From: an uncultured Holophagales bacterium
GTDB taxonomy: Bacteria > Acidobacteriota > Thermoanaerobaculia > UBA5066
Direction: 5' to 3'
Length of the DNA stretch: 49,019 nt
Assembly: GCA_964636395.1 (NCBI GenBank)
Contig: CAZWRQ010000003.1
Coordinates: 1-49,019 of the forward strand
Shown here: piece by piece, positions 40,309-49,019 of the stretch
Layout: every line of letters starts with the position of its first letter
Numbering within the stretch: position 1 is the first letter of the stretch
The notes under the pieces: generated by a model
What the model was told of the DNA's origin: nothing
Databases searched by the model: none
Seen by the model: only the letters and a program-made list of their open reading frames with translations
Translations under genes and position numbers: made by a program

Positions 40309-41669
40309 AGCCCCTTCGGAGGTCCGCGATGCGTCTCCTCTCCTTCGCCACGGGCCTCGTGCTCGTCGCCGCTCTCGCCCCGATCGCCGGGCAGCAGCCG
40401 GCCCCGACGGTCGCGCCGCCGGCGCAGCCGACCGACATCTCCCTGGTCCTTTCTCAGGAGGGCGGACGCCGGGTCGCGCTCGCGATTCCCTCTCCGACGG
40501 CCCCCGCCTCGGATGTCGTCGAGCGGGACCTCGTCGCGCCGTTCCGCTCGGCGCTGACAGGCGACCTCGGCAGCTCTCCCTGGTTCGTCCTGGCCGACGC
40601 CGCCCTTCACCCGAAGGGGTTCCGGCCCCCGGCGACGCGGGAAGAGGGGGACGCCTGGATAGCCTCGGGTGCCCAGTTCCTCCTCGACACTCAGATCCAG
40701 GCCGAGGGGACGAACGTCGTCGTCTCGGCCCAGCTCATCGACCTGCGGACGCTCCGCTCGATCCTCGGCAAGAGGTATTCGGCCGCGGGCGTCTCGATCC
40801 GCCGCGTGGCGCACACCATCGCGAACGACGTCGTCCGCCAGTTCACGGGGCGTCCCGGGCCGTTCCTCACGCGGATCGCCTTCGTCTCCGACCGGGACGG
40901 CGGACGCGGCAAGGAGATCTACATGATGGACTGGGACGGCGAGAACGAGAGGCGGCTGACGTTCCACCGCTCGCTGTCGATCGCGCCCGACTGGTCCTAC
41001 GACGGCTCGAAGATCGTCTACCAGTCGTTCGTCAGCACCCCCCCCGGCCTCTACTGGTTCTCCCTGTCGGGAGGGACGCGAAACAAGATCCCGGTGCCGA
41101 CGGAGCTGAACTCCGCGCCCTCGTTCTCTCCGGACGGAAAGATGGTCGCCTACGCCGGGAGCGTCCGCGGGAACCCGGAGATCTTCGTCGTGAACCTCGA
41201 CGGCTCGGGCCACCGGAGGCTGACGAACTCCTCGGCGATCGACTCCAGCCCCCGCTTCTCGCCGAACGGCCGGGAGATCGCGTTCACGTCGAACCGGCAG
41301 GGGACGCCCCAGATCTACCTCATGGACCTCGAAGGGGCGAACGTGAGGAAGCTGACCCTGACCGGCAACTGGAGCGACGAGCCGGCGTTCTCCCCCGACG
41401 GCGGCCGCCTCGCCTACGCCTGCCGGAACGAGGGGGACTTCCAGATCTGCGTCCTCGACCTGACGACGGGACGCACCCTCCAGATCTCGAGCGGTCCCGG
41501 GACGAACGAGAACCCCACCTGGTCTCCGGACGGCTCCCGGATCGCCTGGGAGCTCCAGCGCGGCCGCTCGACCCAGATCGTCTCGGCCGGGGTGGACGGC
41601 TCCGGCTTCAAGGTCCTGACGGAGGCAGGGAACAACGGCTATCCTGTCTGGGAACGGACGATGGACTGA
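40305..41669 (+). CDS. tolB: Tol-Pal system beta-propeller protein TolB
   Basis: TolB N-domain plus repeats PDWSYDGSKIVY, FSPDGKMVAY, RFSPNGREIAFTSNRQGTPQIYLMDL, FSPDGGRLAY, WSPDGSRIAW. The GTG at 40305 overlaps the tolA stop. An alternative ATG is at 40329. Confidence 0.93.
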   Translation: MKPLRRSAMRLLSFATGLVLVAALAPIAGQQPAPTVAPPAQPTDISLVLSQEGGRRVALAIPSPTAPASDVVERDLVAPFRSALTGDLGSSPWFVLADAALHPKGFRPPATREEGDAWIASGAQFLLDTQIQAEGTNVVVSAQLIDLRTLRSILGKRYSAAGVSIRRVAHTIANDVVRQFTGRPGPFLTRIAFVSDRDGGRGKEIYMMDWDGENERRLTFHRSLSIAPDWSYDGSKIVYQSFVSTPPGLYWFSLSGGTRNKIPVPTELNSAPSFSPDGKMVAYAGSVRGNPEIFVVNLDGSGHRRLTNSSAIDSSPRFSPNGREIAFTSNRQGTPQIYLMDLEGANVRKLTLTGNWSDEPAFSPDGGRLAYACRNEGDFQICVLDLTTGRTLQISSGPGTNENPTWSPDGSRIAWELQRGRSTQIVSAGVDGSGFKVLTEAGNNGYPVWERTMD

Positions 41670-41763
41670 TCCCGCTGGCCGGGTTGTCCGGGCCGGCGGC
41701 AGCGCTTAGAATCGAGAGCAACCGAAAGGGCGGACCGCGCCTTTTCCCAATCGGAGGTTCACC

Positions 41764-42324
41764 GTGATGACGAAGCCGTTCAGGTCTCTGGGACTGGTTC
41801 TCGCCGCCGGCCTTCTCGTGACCGCGGGTTGCTGCACGAAGAAGCCCGCCCCTGCTCCGGCCCCGGAAGTGAAGGTCGAACCGACTCCGACCCCCGTTCC
41901 CGTCCCGGTCGAGGAGCCGATCGCCGCTCCCGTCGCGGAGCCTGTCGCCGAAGCGCTTCCCGCCGACCTCGAGGAGCTCAACAAGAAGGGCTACCTCAAG
42001 GACATCTTCTACGACTACGACCTCTACGACGTCCGGGCTGATCAGCGCGACGCCATGGCCGCGAACGCCGAGTGGCTGAAGAAGTGGCCCACCGTGAAGG
42101 TCCAGGTCGAGGGCCACTGCGACGAGCGGGGCTCCAACAAGTACAACATGGCCCTGGGCGACAAGCGGGCGAACGCCGCGCGCGACTACCTCGTCTCGCT
42201 CGGCATCGACGCCGGCCGGATCACGACGCTTTCCTACGGCGAGGAGCGGCCCTTCGTCGAAGGCCAGACCGAGGACGCCTGGTCCCAGAACCGGCGCGCC
42301 CACTTCGTCGTCACCGCGAAGTGA
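41764..42324 (+). CDS. pal: Peptidoglycan-associated lipoprotein Pal (OmpA family)
   Basis: Lipobox LLVTAGC. OmpA-like domain VEGHCDERGSNKYNMALGDKRANAARDYL. GGAGG at 41753-41757. The start is GTG 41764 or ATG 41767. Confidence 0.93.
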   Translation: MMTKPFRSLGLVLAAGLLVTAGCCTKKPAPAPAPEVKVEPTPTPVPVPVEEPIAAPVAEPVAEALPADLEELNKKGYLKDIFYDYDLYDVRADQRDAMAANAEWLKKWPTVKVQVEGHCDERGSNKYNMALGDKRANAARDYLVSLGIDAGRITTLSYGEERPFVEGQTEDAWSQNRRAHFVVTAK

Positions 42325-43199
42325 CGTCGCTCCGCGTAGGTCGTCTCCGCCGGAGCGCCCCCCTCGCGGGGGCGCTCCTCTTCGCGTCCGTCCTGGGCGG
42401 CTGCGTCTCCGGGAGCGACATCGAGGGCCTCCACCGCCACGTCACCGACGTCGAGAAACAGGTCGACAAGCTCTCCCAGCAGACGAGCTCGAAGGACGAA
42501 GTCGAGAAGCTCAACCAGAACCTGACGAAGCAGGTGGCCACGATCCTGCGCTCGAATGCCGAGACAGGGACCCGCTTCGACGAGCTGACCCGCGAGCTTC
42601 AGGCTCTCGCCGGGAAGCTGGAAGACTCCAATCGCCGCCTCGCGCAGCTCTCTCAGCAGCTCGCCGAGACCCAGGCGAAGCTGGACGCCGGCTCGCCCGC
42701 GGCCCCGGCCGTGCCGGGCGCCGCTCCCCTCCCCGGCGCGTCGGCGCTTCCGTCTGCCGGCGCCCCGGCGACCCCGGGATCGATCCCGGCGACGAAGCCT
42801 CCGGCCGGGCGGGCCGGCCCGGCCGACCTCTACAACGCCGCGCTCGGCGACTACCAGCGCGGACGATTCGATCTGGCCCGGCAGGGCTTCGAGGAGTACG
42901 TCGAGACGTACCCCCGGACCGACCTCTCCGACGACGCCCTCTTCTGGGCGGCGGAGTGCTGGACGGCGCAGAAGAAGCACCGCGAGGCGCTCGGCATGCT
43001 CGAGCGGCTCCTGAAGGAGTATCCGCAGAGCGACAAGGCCGCCTCCGTGCACCTGCGGAAGGGGCTCGCCCACCTGGAGCTCGGGGAGAAGGCCCAGGCC
43101 ATCGTCCAGCTCCAGTTCGTCGTCCACGAGTACCCGACCTCGGACGAAGCCAAGAGCGCGCGCCAGCGGCTGCGCTCCCTCGGCTCCGATTCCCGCTGA
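42321..43199 (+). CDS. cpoB: Tol-Pal system protein CpoB/YbgF (coiled coil + TPR)
   Basis: In-frame C-terminal part of track ORF 42072..43199. Signal/lipobox ALLFASVLGGC, a coiled-coil segment, and TPR YNAALGDYQRGRFDLARQGFEEYVETYP. The GTG at 42321 overlaps the pal stop (GTGA). Confidence 0.85.
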   Translation: MTSLRVGRLRRSAPLAGALLFASVLGGCVSGSDIEGLHRHVTDVEKQVDKLSQQTSSKDEVEKLNQNLTKQVATILRSNAETGTRFDELTRELQALAGKLEDSNRRLAQLSQQLAETQAKLDAGSPAAPAVPGAAPLPGASALPSAGAPATPGSIPATKPPAGRAGPADLYNAALGDYQRGRFDLARQGFEEYVETYPRTDLSDDALFWAAECWTAQKKHREALGMLERLLKEYPQSDKAASVHLRKGLAHLELGEKAQAIVQLQFVVHEYPTSDEAKSARQRLRSLGSDSR

Positions 43200-43262
43200 T
43201 CCCTCGATAATCCTCCGCCCGGGCGGAGGGAAGAAGACCCGGGACCGACCCGAAAGGAAACG

Positions 43263-43526
43263 ATGGCCAACACGAAGCAGGCGAAGAAGCGTGCCGCTCA
43301 GAACGACAAGCAGAAGGCGCGGAACCGCGCGGTGAAGAGCGAGACCCGACGCGTGGTCAAGGCGACCCGCGCCGCGGCCCCCGAGAAGGCGAAGGAGATG
43401 CTGCCGAAGGCCGCCGCCTCCCTCGACGTCGCCGCCCGGAAGGGGACGATCCACAAGAACAAGGCCGCGCGGCTGAAGTCGCGTCTCGCCAAGGGCGCCA
43501 ACAAGAAGGCCGCCAAGGCGGACTGA
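43263..43526 (+). CDS. rpsT: 30S ribosomal protein S20
   Basis: MANTKQAKKRAAQNDKQKARNRAVKSETRR... is the typical S20 N-terminus. 87 aa. Confidence 0.95.
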   Translation: MANTKQAKKRAAQNDKQKARNRAVKSETRRVVKATRAAAPEKAKEMLPKAAASLDVAARKGTIHKNKAARLKSRLAKGANKKAAKAD

Positions 43527-43530
43527 CCGA

Positions 43531-43551
43531 GCTCCGCGCGTCGCGCGGAGC
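43531..43551 (+). terminator. Hairpin immediately after the rpsT stop (terminator candidate, no U tract)
   Basis: gctccgcgc / gcgcggagc form a perfect 9-bp stem with a 3-nt loop, starting 5 nt after the TGA, in the convergent rpsT/lptE gap. Confidence 0.4.
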
Positions 43552-43646
43552 CCAGGGGCCGGGGAGGCCGGGAACGACCCCGTACGGGGCTCGGGTCCGG
43601 CACCCGGCTCTTCTCGTCTTCCTGCCCGGCTCGAGGCCGGCCGGCG

Positions 43647-44165
43647 TCAGAAGCCTTCGAGGATCGTCGTAACGAGGCTGCGCGCGAACGGTCGCGCCAT
43701 CGCCTCGATCGCCGCGTTCTCGACGTCGACGTAGCTCGCGCTCGTCGCCGCGACGGGATACGGCTGGCGGAAGAGGAACGACGGGTTCTCGAAGAGCGCC
43801 TTCTCCGTCTTCCGGTCGGTCAGCTTCAGGCGGGCCACGACCGCGATCTCGTACTCGAGCGCGCGTCCCTGGTCGTCGAACCGGACGGGGTTCACCTGGT
43901 ACGAGAGGATCCGCCCAGAAAGCTCGACGTCGGCCGCGGAGCGGTCCGTCACGGGGGACAGCCGGGCGCGGCCCGCCAGCTCGCGGAGAACGGCATCGGT
44001 GAGGCGCTGCTCGAGCCCGACGCGCGTCGTGTCGTTCACGAAGGCCTCTACGAAGATGGCGCTCGCCCCTTCCGGGAGGATGCCGCGCCCGGTGCCGACG
44101 AGGGAGTAGCCGCAACCCGCGAGCCCGGCCGCGAGGACCGCGGCGAGGAGCGTGCTCCGCCTCAC
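43647..44165 (-). CDS. lptE: LPS-assembly lipoprotein LptE
   Basis: Last 172 codons of track ORF 43647..44762. Lipobox [10 protein letters not shown]. It lies directly after leuS (conserved leuS-lptE synteny). The GTG overlaps the leuS stop (GTGA at 44162-44165). Confidence 0.8.
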   Translation of the reverse strand: MRRSTLLAAVLAAGLAGCGYSLVGTGRGILPEGASAIFVEAFVNDTTRVGLEQRLTDAVLRELAGRARLSPVTDRSAADVELSGRILSYQVNPVRFDDQGRALEYEIAVVARLKLTDRKTEKALFENPSFLFRQPYPVAATSASYVDVENAAIEAMARPFARSLVTTILEGF

Positions 44166-46633
44166 TTCACCACGACGTTCAGGAGCCGGTCCGGGACGAA
44201 GACGACCTTCACCCGCTCCTTCCCCTCGAGCCACTTCGCGACGCCCTCCTGGGCCTCGGCGGCCGCCAGCGTCTCCTCGCGCGAGGCGCCGCGCGGCAGG
44301 ACGACCTGCCCGCGCAGCTTGCCGCCGACCTGGACCGCGATCGTCACGGACTCCTCCACGGCGAGCGCCTGGTCGTACGCCGGCCAGCCCGATACCAGGA
44401 GACTCCTCGTCTCCCCCATCTGCTCGTTCCACTCCTCGGTCAGGTGCGGCGCGATCGGATGGAGCATTGCGAGGAGCGCGAGGATCGAGGCCCGCGTCTC
44501 GCCCGGGTCGGCCTTCGCGTCGCCGACGAGCCCGGCGACGTGGTGCGTGAACTCCATCAGGTGCGCGACGGCGGTATGGAACGAGAACGTCTCGAAATCG
44601 TGCGTCACGGTCTTCACGGCGATGTGCCGCTTCCGGGCGGCCGGGGAGTCGGGCGAGGCGGGAGTGAGCGGCTTCGCGCCGTGAGCCTTCAGGTGGTTCT
44701 CGACGAGCGCCTTCACCCGGTAGAGGAACCGCTCCGGGCCGGCGATCTGGTCGTCGCTCCACTCAGCGTCCGACTCGGGCGGCCCGAGGAAGAGGACGTA
44801 GGCGCGGACGGCGTCGGCCCCCTTCGCCGCGATGAGCGGGTCGAGCGAGACCGAGTTCCCGCGGGACTTCGACATCTTCTCGACGCGCCCGCCGGGCGAC
44901 ATCTTCGTGATCATTCCCTGGTTGAAGAGGGCCGAGAACGGCTCCTCGAAGGAGACGAGGCCGAGGTCTTTCATCACCCGCGCGAAGAATCGCGCGTAGA
45001 GGAGGTGGAGGATCGCGTGCTCGATCCCGCCGATGTACTGGTTCACCGGCGCCCAGCGCGCGACGACCGCCGGGTCGAACGGGGCGCGGTCGTTCTCCGG
45101 GTCGAGGTACCGGAGGTAGTACCAGGACGAGTCGACGAACGTGTCCATCGTGTCCGTCTCTCGCCGGGCCTCGCCGCCGCACTTCGGGCACGGCGTGTTC
45201 AGGAACGCCTCGACCTTCTCGAGAGGGTTGCCCCCCTTCCCGGTGAAGGGCGCGTCCTTCGGGAGGACGACCGGGAGCTGGTCGTCGGGGACGGGCACCC
45301 AGCCGCAGGCCGGGCACCTCACCATCGGGATCGGCGTCCCCCAGTAGCGCTGGCGCGAGATGAGCCAGTCTCGGAGGCGGTAGCGGACGCGGGCCCCGCC
45401 GATCCCTCGCTTCGTGGCCTCGGCCGCGATCGCCTCCCGTCCCGCTTCCGACGTCATGCCGTCGTACGGCCCGGAGGCCGTCATCGTCCCCTCGCCGGTC
45501 CAGCAGTCGATCGACGGGTCGGCCCCCTCGGGGCGCCGGATCACCACGCGGATGGGGAGGCCGTACTTCTTCGCGAACTCGTGGTCGCGCTCGTCGTGGC
45601 CCGGGACGGCCATGATCGCGCCCGTCCCGTAGCCGGCCAGGACGAAGTTCGCCATCCAGATCGGCATCTCCTCGCCGGTGAACGGGTTGATGGCATATGC
45701 CCCGGTGAAACGCCCGTCCTTCTCGGCCCCTTCTGCCTCGCGCTGGACGCGGTCCTGGCTCCGGATCGTCTTCACCCACTCTTCGAGCGCGGCCCTGTCC
45801 GGATGCCCGGCAAGGAGGCGGGGCACGGCCGGGTGCTCCGGGGCGAGCACCAACGCCGTCGCGCCGTAGACGGTGTCGGGGCGGGTCGTGAAGACCTGGA
45901 GGCGCTCTCCGAGCTTCGGCACCTCGAAGTCGAGGTCGGCGCCGACGGAGCGGCCGATCCAGTTTCTCTGCATCGTCCGGACCTTCTCGGACCAGCTGCC
46001 GAGCTGGTCGAGGCCGGCGAGGAGACTGTCGGCGTACTCCGTGATCTTCAGGAACCACTGCTCCAGCTCGCGCTGCTCGACGGCGCTCTTGCAGCGCTCG
46101 CACGTCCCGCCCTCGGCCTGCTCGTTCGCGAGGACCGTCTGGCAGGAGGGGCACCAGTTGACGGTCCCCTTCTTTCTGTAAGCGAGCCCCTTCTCGAGCA
46201 TCCGGAGGAAGAACCACTGGTTCCAGCGGTAGTACTCCGGCTCGCAGGTGGTGACTTCCTTCGTCCAGTCGTAGAGGACGCCCCACCCGGCGAACTGCTC
46301 CTTCATCGCGGCGATGTTCGCGAGCGTCGACTCGCGCGGCGGGATGCCGCGCTGGATGGCGAAGTTCTCCGCGGGGAGGCCGAAGGCGTCCCACCCCATC
46401 GGGCAGAAGACCTTCTCGCCCTTCTGCCGGAGGTACCGGTGGAGCGCGTCCGTCAGGAAGTAGGTCCGCGCGTGGCCGACGTGAAGCCGGTCCCCCGACG
46501 GGTACGGGAGCATGACGAGGAGGTAGGTCCCGTTCGCCGACGCGTCGTGCGTGTCGACGAAGGCCGCCTTGTCGGCGTCCCAGCGGGCCTGCCACTTCTT
46601 CTCGAGGGCGGTGCGTTCTTCTCGTGCGTCCAT
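44162..46633 (-). CDS. leuS: Leucine--tRNA ligase
   Basis: [16 protein letters not shown] (HIGH-type) and KMSKSRGN, plus an editing CP1 domain. The ATG at 46631-46633 ([15 protein letters not shown]) is preferred over the TTG at 46654. Confidence 0.96.
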   Translation of the reverse strand: MDAREERTALEKKWQARWDADKAAFVDTHDASANGTYLLVMLPYPSGDRLHVGHARTYFLTDALHRYLRQKGEKVFCPMGWDAFGLPAENFAIQRGIPPRESTLANIAAMKEQFAGWGVLYDWTKEVTTCEPEYYRWNQWFFLRMLEKGLAYRKKGTVNWCPSCQTVLANEQAEGGTCERCKSAVEQRELEQWFLKITEYADSLLAGLDQLGSWSEKVRTMQRNWIGRSVGADLDFEVPKLGERLQVFTTRPDTVYGATALVLAPEHPAVPRLLAGHPDRAALEEWVKTIRSQDRVQREAEGAEKDGRFTGAYAINPFTGEEMPIWMANFVLAGYGTGAIMAVPGHDERDHEFAKKYGLPIRVVIRRPEGADPSIDCWTGEGTMTASGPYDGMTSEAGREAIAAEATKRGIGGARVRYRLRDWLISRQRYWGTPIPMVRCPACGWVPVPDDQLPVVLPKDAPFTGKGGNPLEKVEAFLNTPCPKCGGEARRETDTMDTFVDSSWYYLRYLDPENDRAPFDPAVVARWAPVNQYIGGIEHAILHLLYARFFARVMKDLGLVSFEEPFSALFNQGMITKMSPGGRVEKMSKSRGNSVSLDPLIAAKGADAVRAYVLFLGPPESDAEWSDDQIAGPERFLYRVKALVENHLKAHGAKPLTPASPDSPAARKRHIAVKTVTHDFETFSFHTAVAHLMEFTHHVAGLVGDAKADPGETRASILALLAMLHPIAPHLTEEWNEQMGETRSLLVSGWPAYDQALAVEESVTIAVQVGGKLRGQVVLPRGASREETLAAAEAQEGVAKWLEGKERVKVVFVPDRLLNVVVK

Positions 46634-46667
46634 AAGGGACGCCGAGTGTAGCAACCGGGCGGGCCGG

Positions 46668-47732
46668 CTACGCCGCGGCTCCCGCCGCCTCGCCGAGCCG
46701 TCGTTCGACCTCGGCGGCGAGGCGGGAGAGCGGGAACCGGCGTGCCGCCGGGACGGCGCGGGCGGCGGCGTCGGGCATCCCCGAGATGACGGCCGACTCC
46801 GCCGACTCGCAGAGGACCGTTCCCCCGGCGAGCGCGATCGACCGGCAGCCCTCCGCGCCGTCGTCGCCCATTCCGGTCAGGACCACTCCGACGACGCGGC
46901 GCCCGAAGGCCGCTGCCGCGGACGTGAAGAGGAGGTCGGCGGACGGGCACCACCGGATCGAGCCTCCATGGGGCCGGACGACGAGGACGGCGCGCTCCCC
47001 GGCGTGGGAGAGCTCCAGGTGCGCCCCTCCCGGGGCGATCCAGACGACCCCGGGCGTCGCCTCCGCGCCGTGGATCGCCTCGCGCACGTCCCACCCCGTC
47101 CCGGACGCGAGCCGATGGGCGAGGGAGCGGGTGAAGGGCGGCGGCATGTGCTGCGCGACGCCGACGACCGCCTCCTGGGGCGGAAGGCCCGCGAAGAGCT
47201 CTCGAAGCGCCGGCGGGCCGCCGGTCGAGGCGGCGACGACGAGCGCCGGAGGGACGCCGAGCGCGACCGGGACGCGCCGGGGCCGCGGGATGCCGCCGCT
47301 CGAGGGAGGCGCCACGGAGCGGATCGAACGCCGTACGAGGCTCTCGATGGACAGCTGCCGGACACCGTCGACGACTTCCGCGAGCCGTCTCTTCCAGCGC
47401 GCCAGGCTCTCTGGCTGCGATCCCGCCTTCGCGATGACCTCGAGGGCACCCGCCTCCAGCGCGGCGAGGGCGCTCCGCTCCTCCTGGTCGGCCGAGATGA
47501 CCACGACCGGCATCGGCCGGTTCGCCATGATCCACCGGAGGACCGCGTTGCCGTCCATTCCGGGCAGTCCGAGGTCCAGCGTGACGAGCGCGTATTCCGT
47601 CGTCAGGAGCCGGCGGATCGCCTCTTCCCCACTTCCGACCGAGTCGACCCCGGTGATCGCGCTCGATGCCCGGAGCGCCTCGACGATCCGGAGCCTCTGG
47701 TAGGCGGAGTCCTCGACGACCAGGACCCTCAC
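46668..47732 (-). CDS. cheB: Chemotaxis response regulator protein-glutamate methylesterase
   Basis: Receiver domain (RVLVVEDS...[12 protein letters not shown]) plus CheB methylesterase motifs ASTGGPPAL and [14 protein letters not shown]. Confidence 0.92.
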   Translation of the reverse strand: MRVLVVEDSAYQRLRIVEALRASSAITGVDSVGSGEEAIRRLLTTEYALVTLDLGLPGMDGNAVLRWIMANRPMPVVVISADQEERSALAALEAGALEVIAKAGSQPESLARWKRRLAEVVDGVRQLSIESLVRRSIRSVAPPSSGGIPRPRRVPVALGVPPALVVAASTGGPPALRELFAGLPPQEAVVGVAQHMPPPFTRSLAHRLASGTGWDVREAIHGAEATPGVVWIAPGGAHLELSHAGERAVLVVRPHGGSIRWCPSADLLFTSAAAAFGRRVVGVVLTGMGDDGAEGCRSIALAGGTVLCESAESAVISGMPDAAARAVPAARRFPLSRLAAEVERRLGEAAGAAA

Positions 47733-47736
47733 GCCG

Positions 47737-48561
47737 TCACCTCCGGTAGACGACGTCGTTCGCGAGCCGGACGAGCGTCAGCGCCGAGGAGGCGACGGAA
47801 AGGGCGTCGCTCGCGCCGAGGAGGATGTAGCCCCCGGGCTTGAGGCGCGACGAGAGGACCTCGACGACCCGGGACCGCGCCTCCTCGTCGAGGTAGATGA
47901 GGACGTTGCGACAGAGGATGACGTCGAACCTCGTTCCGAAGGCCGGCTCGTCCAGGATCGAGCGTGTCTCGAACAGAACGGGGGCAGCGAGATGGGGCTT
48001 CAGCCGGAAGAGCCCGCCGGGGGCGGCCTCGAAATGCTCGCGGCGTCTCTCCGGGGAGGTGGCGCGGAGCGACTGGGGCCCGAAGACGGCCGCCCGGGCC
48101 CGCCTCACGTGAGACGGGGAAAGGTCCGTCCCGAGGATCCGGACCTTTCGGGCGGGAAGGATCGCCTTCTCGTGAAGGACGATCGAAAGGCTGAACGCCT
48201 CCTCACCGGTCGCGCAGCCGGCCGACCAGATGTCGAGCGTCCCGTCCTGGCCGGCCGCCAGGAGCCTCTCGGGCGCGATCTCCTCCGAGAACGCCTTCAG
48301 GCTGGCCGGGTCGCGAAAGAAATACGTCTCGCCGACGACGACTGCGTCGAGGAGCCGGCCGAAGAGAGGCGAATCCAGGGGCTCGTTCCGGAGCCGGCCG
48401 TAGAGCTGGTAGAACGACCCGGCGCTCCTCGCTTCCGCTGCGAGCCGGCTCTCGACCCGGACTCTCTGGGAGTCGGAGACGACGAATCCCGTGCGACGCC
48501 GCAGGAGGTCCTGGTAGAGGCGAAAGACCGTCTCGGCCAGCTCCAGCGGGCGCCCCGTCAC
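47737..48561 (-). CDS. cheR: Chemotaxis protein methyltransferase
   Basis: Last 274 codons of track ORF 47737..49005. GETYFFRD, IWSAGCATGEEAFSL, ILCRNVLIYL. The GTG overlaps the upstream stop (GTGA at 48558-48561). Confidence 0.9.
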   Translation of the reverse strand: MTGRPLELAETVFRLYQDLLRRRTGFVVSDSQRVRVESRLAAEARSAGSFYQLYGRLRNEPLDSPLFGRLLDAVVVGETYFFRDPASLKAFSEEIAPERLLAAGQDGTLDIWSAGCATGEEAFSLSIVLHEKAILPARKVRILGTDLSPSHVRRARAAVFGPQSLRATSPERRREHFEAAPGGLFRLKPHLAAPVLFETRSILDEPAFGTRFDVILCRNVLIYLDEEARSRVVEVLSSRLKPGGYILLGASDALSVASSALTLVRLANDVVYRR

Positions 48562-49019
48562 GTCGACCTCTGGCTTCGTTCCGCCCGGGCCGCCGCGGCC
48601 AGAGCGCGCGCCCAACGCCTCTCCGCGCGGGCCGGCGCATGCATCCAGGCCCGGCGACAGGCCTCCGGACGGAGCCGCGCCACGGCTTCCGCCGCCTCGT
48701 CCGCCTCGGCGGGCACCGTCTCCTGCGAGAGGACGAGCGTCAGCGGCTCGACCATCGCCTCGTCCGCGACGCGGGACGCGGCGACGAGGAGCGACCTGAG
48801 GACCGCGCGGTCCGGCTCGGCGACGAGAGCCGACGCGACCGCTGCGGAGAGCGCGGAGCGCGCGTCCCCGGCCGGCCGGCGTGCGATCGTCTCGGCCGCG
48901 GCCGCTCGCACCCCCGCACGCTCGTCGGCGAGGGCCATGGGGAGCGCCTCGGCCGCGACGGGCTCGTCGGCGACGGCGAGGGCGCGCACCGCCGCGCTCG
49001 GGCACGAGGACCCTGAGAC
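48558..49019 (-). CDS. HEAT-repeat-like protein, 5'-truncated by the window edge
   Basis: Ala/Arg-rich helical repeats of HEAT/PBS-lyase type (ALADERAGVRAAAAETIARR, EPDRAVLRSLLVAASR). The frame stays open to position 49019, so the gene probably starts outside the window. Confidence 0.45.
   Translation of the reverse strand, partial: VSGSSCPSAAVRALAVADEPVAAEALPMALADERAGVRAAAAETIARRPAGDARSALSAAVASALVAEPDRAVLRSLLVAASRVADEAMVEPLTLVLSQETVPAEADEAAEAVARLRPEACRRAWMHAPARAERRWARALAAAARAERSQRST

Noticed and set aside
41724-41745. Hairpin followed by TTTT between tolB and pal, as a possible intra-operon attenuator.
   Set aside because: The stem is only 4-5 strong base pairs unless the T tract itself is consumed in pairing. 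That is too weak to call a terminator from sequence alone.
1-49019. Scan for tRNA, rRNA, CRISPR arrays, transposases, integrases and prophage genes.
   Set aside because: By-eye inspection found no cloverleaf-like intergenic sequences, no regularly spaced repeats and no recombinase-like ORFs. The intergenic space is too small to hide such features. Only rnpB is non-coding RNA.

Overview
49 kb, very GC-rich (about 70% by eye, not computed) chromosomal segment. It comes from a diderm bacterium, since lpxB, an msbA-like exporter, lptE and a complete tol-pal cluster are all present. The lineage cannot be fixed without a search. Heavy GTG start usage, a DUF4388-J-domain protein and a SpoIVB-type peptidase fit Acidobacteriota- or Myxococcota-like genomes, but that is inference only.

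The window is almost entirely coding. I call about 50 protein genes and one RNA gene, a type-A RNase P RNA at about 20650..21062 on the minus strand. I saw no tRNA, rRNA, CRISPR array, transposase or integrase.

Strand layout:
- 54..29830: one unbroken minus-strand run of about 31 genes. In transcription order it is pabB-pabC, SDR-ALDH, uvrC, J-domain protein, DUF4126, rnpB, NYN, ldcA, cNMP-FHA, recG, STAS, M50, trpS, scpAB, rluB, hisC, cmk, rpsA, ihf, HIT, two small membrane genes, lpxB, msbA, yicC, gmk, rpoZ, coaBC.
- 29851..30270: plus-strand ybgC-like thioesterase.
- 30275..38339: minus-strand block of coaD plus an S55 peptidase / secreted propeller / peptide-type ABC importer operon.
- 38413..43526: plus-strand tolQ-tolR-tolA-tolB-pal-cpoB and rpsT.
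- 43647..49019: minus-strand HEAT(partial)-cheR-cheB, leuS-lptE.

Many long ORFs in the six-frame track are Arg/Pro/Gly-rich alternative-frame artefacts of the high GC content. I trimmed real genes accordingly, usually to a GTG, ATG or TTG start that overlaps the upstream stop by 4 nt.

Most of the window is housekeeping. The loci most worth a second look are:
1. the translationally coupled S55 peptidase / propeller / ATPase-less Opp-like operon;
2. a cNMP-binding+FHA fusion protein coupled to an LD-carboxypeptidase and a NYN RNase;
3. a 21-bp perfect direct repeat that duplicates the 3' P1 strand of rnpB;
4. a thioester-reductase-like SDR coupled to an aldehyde dehydrogenase.

None of these can be shown to be novel from the sequence alone.
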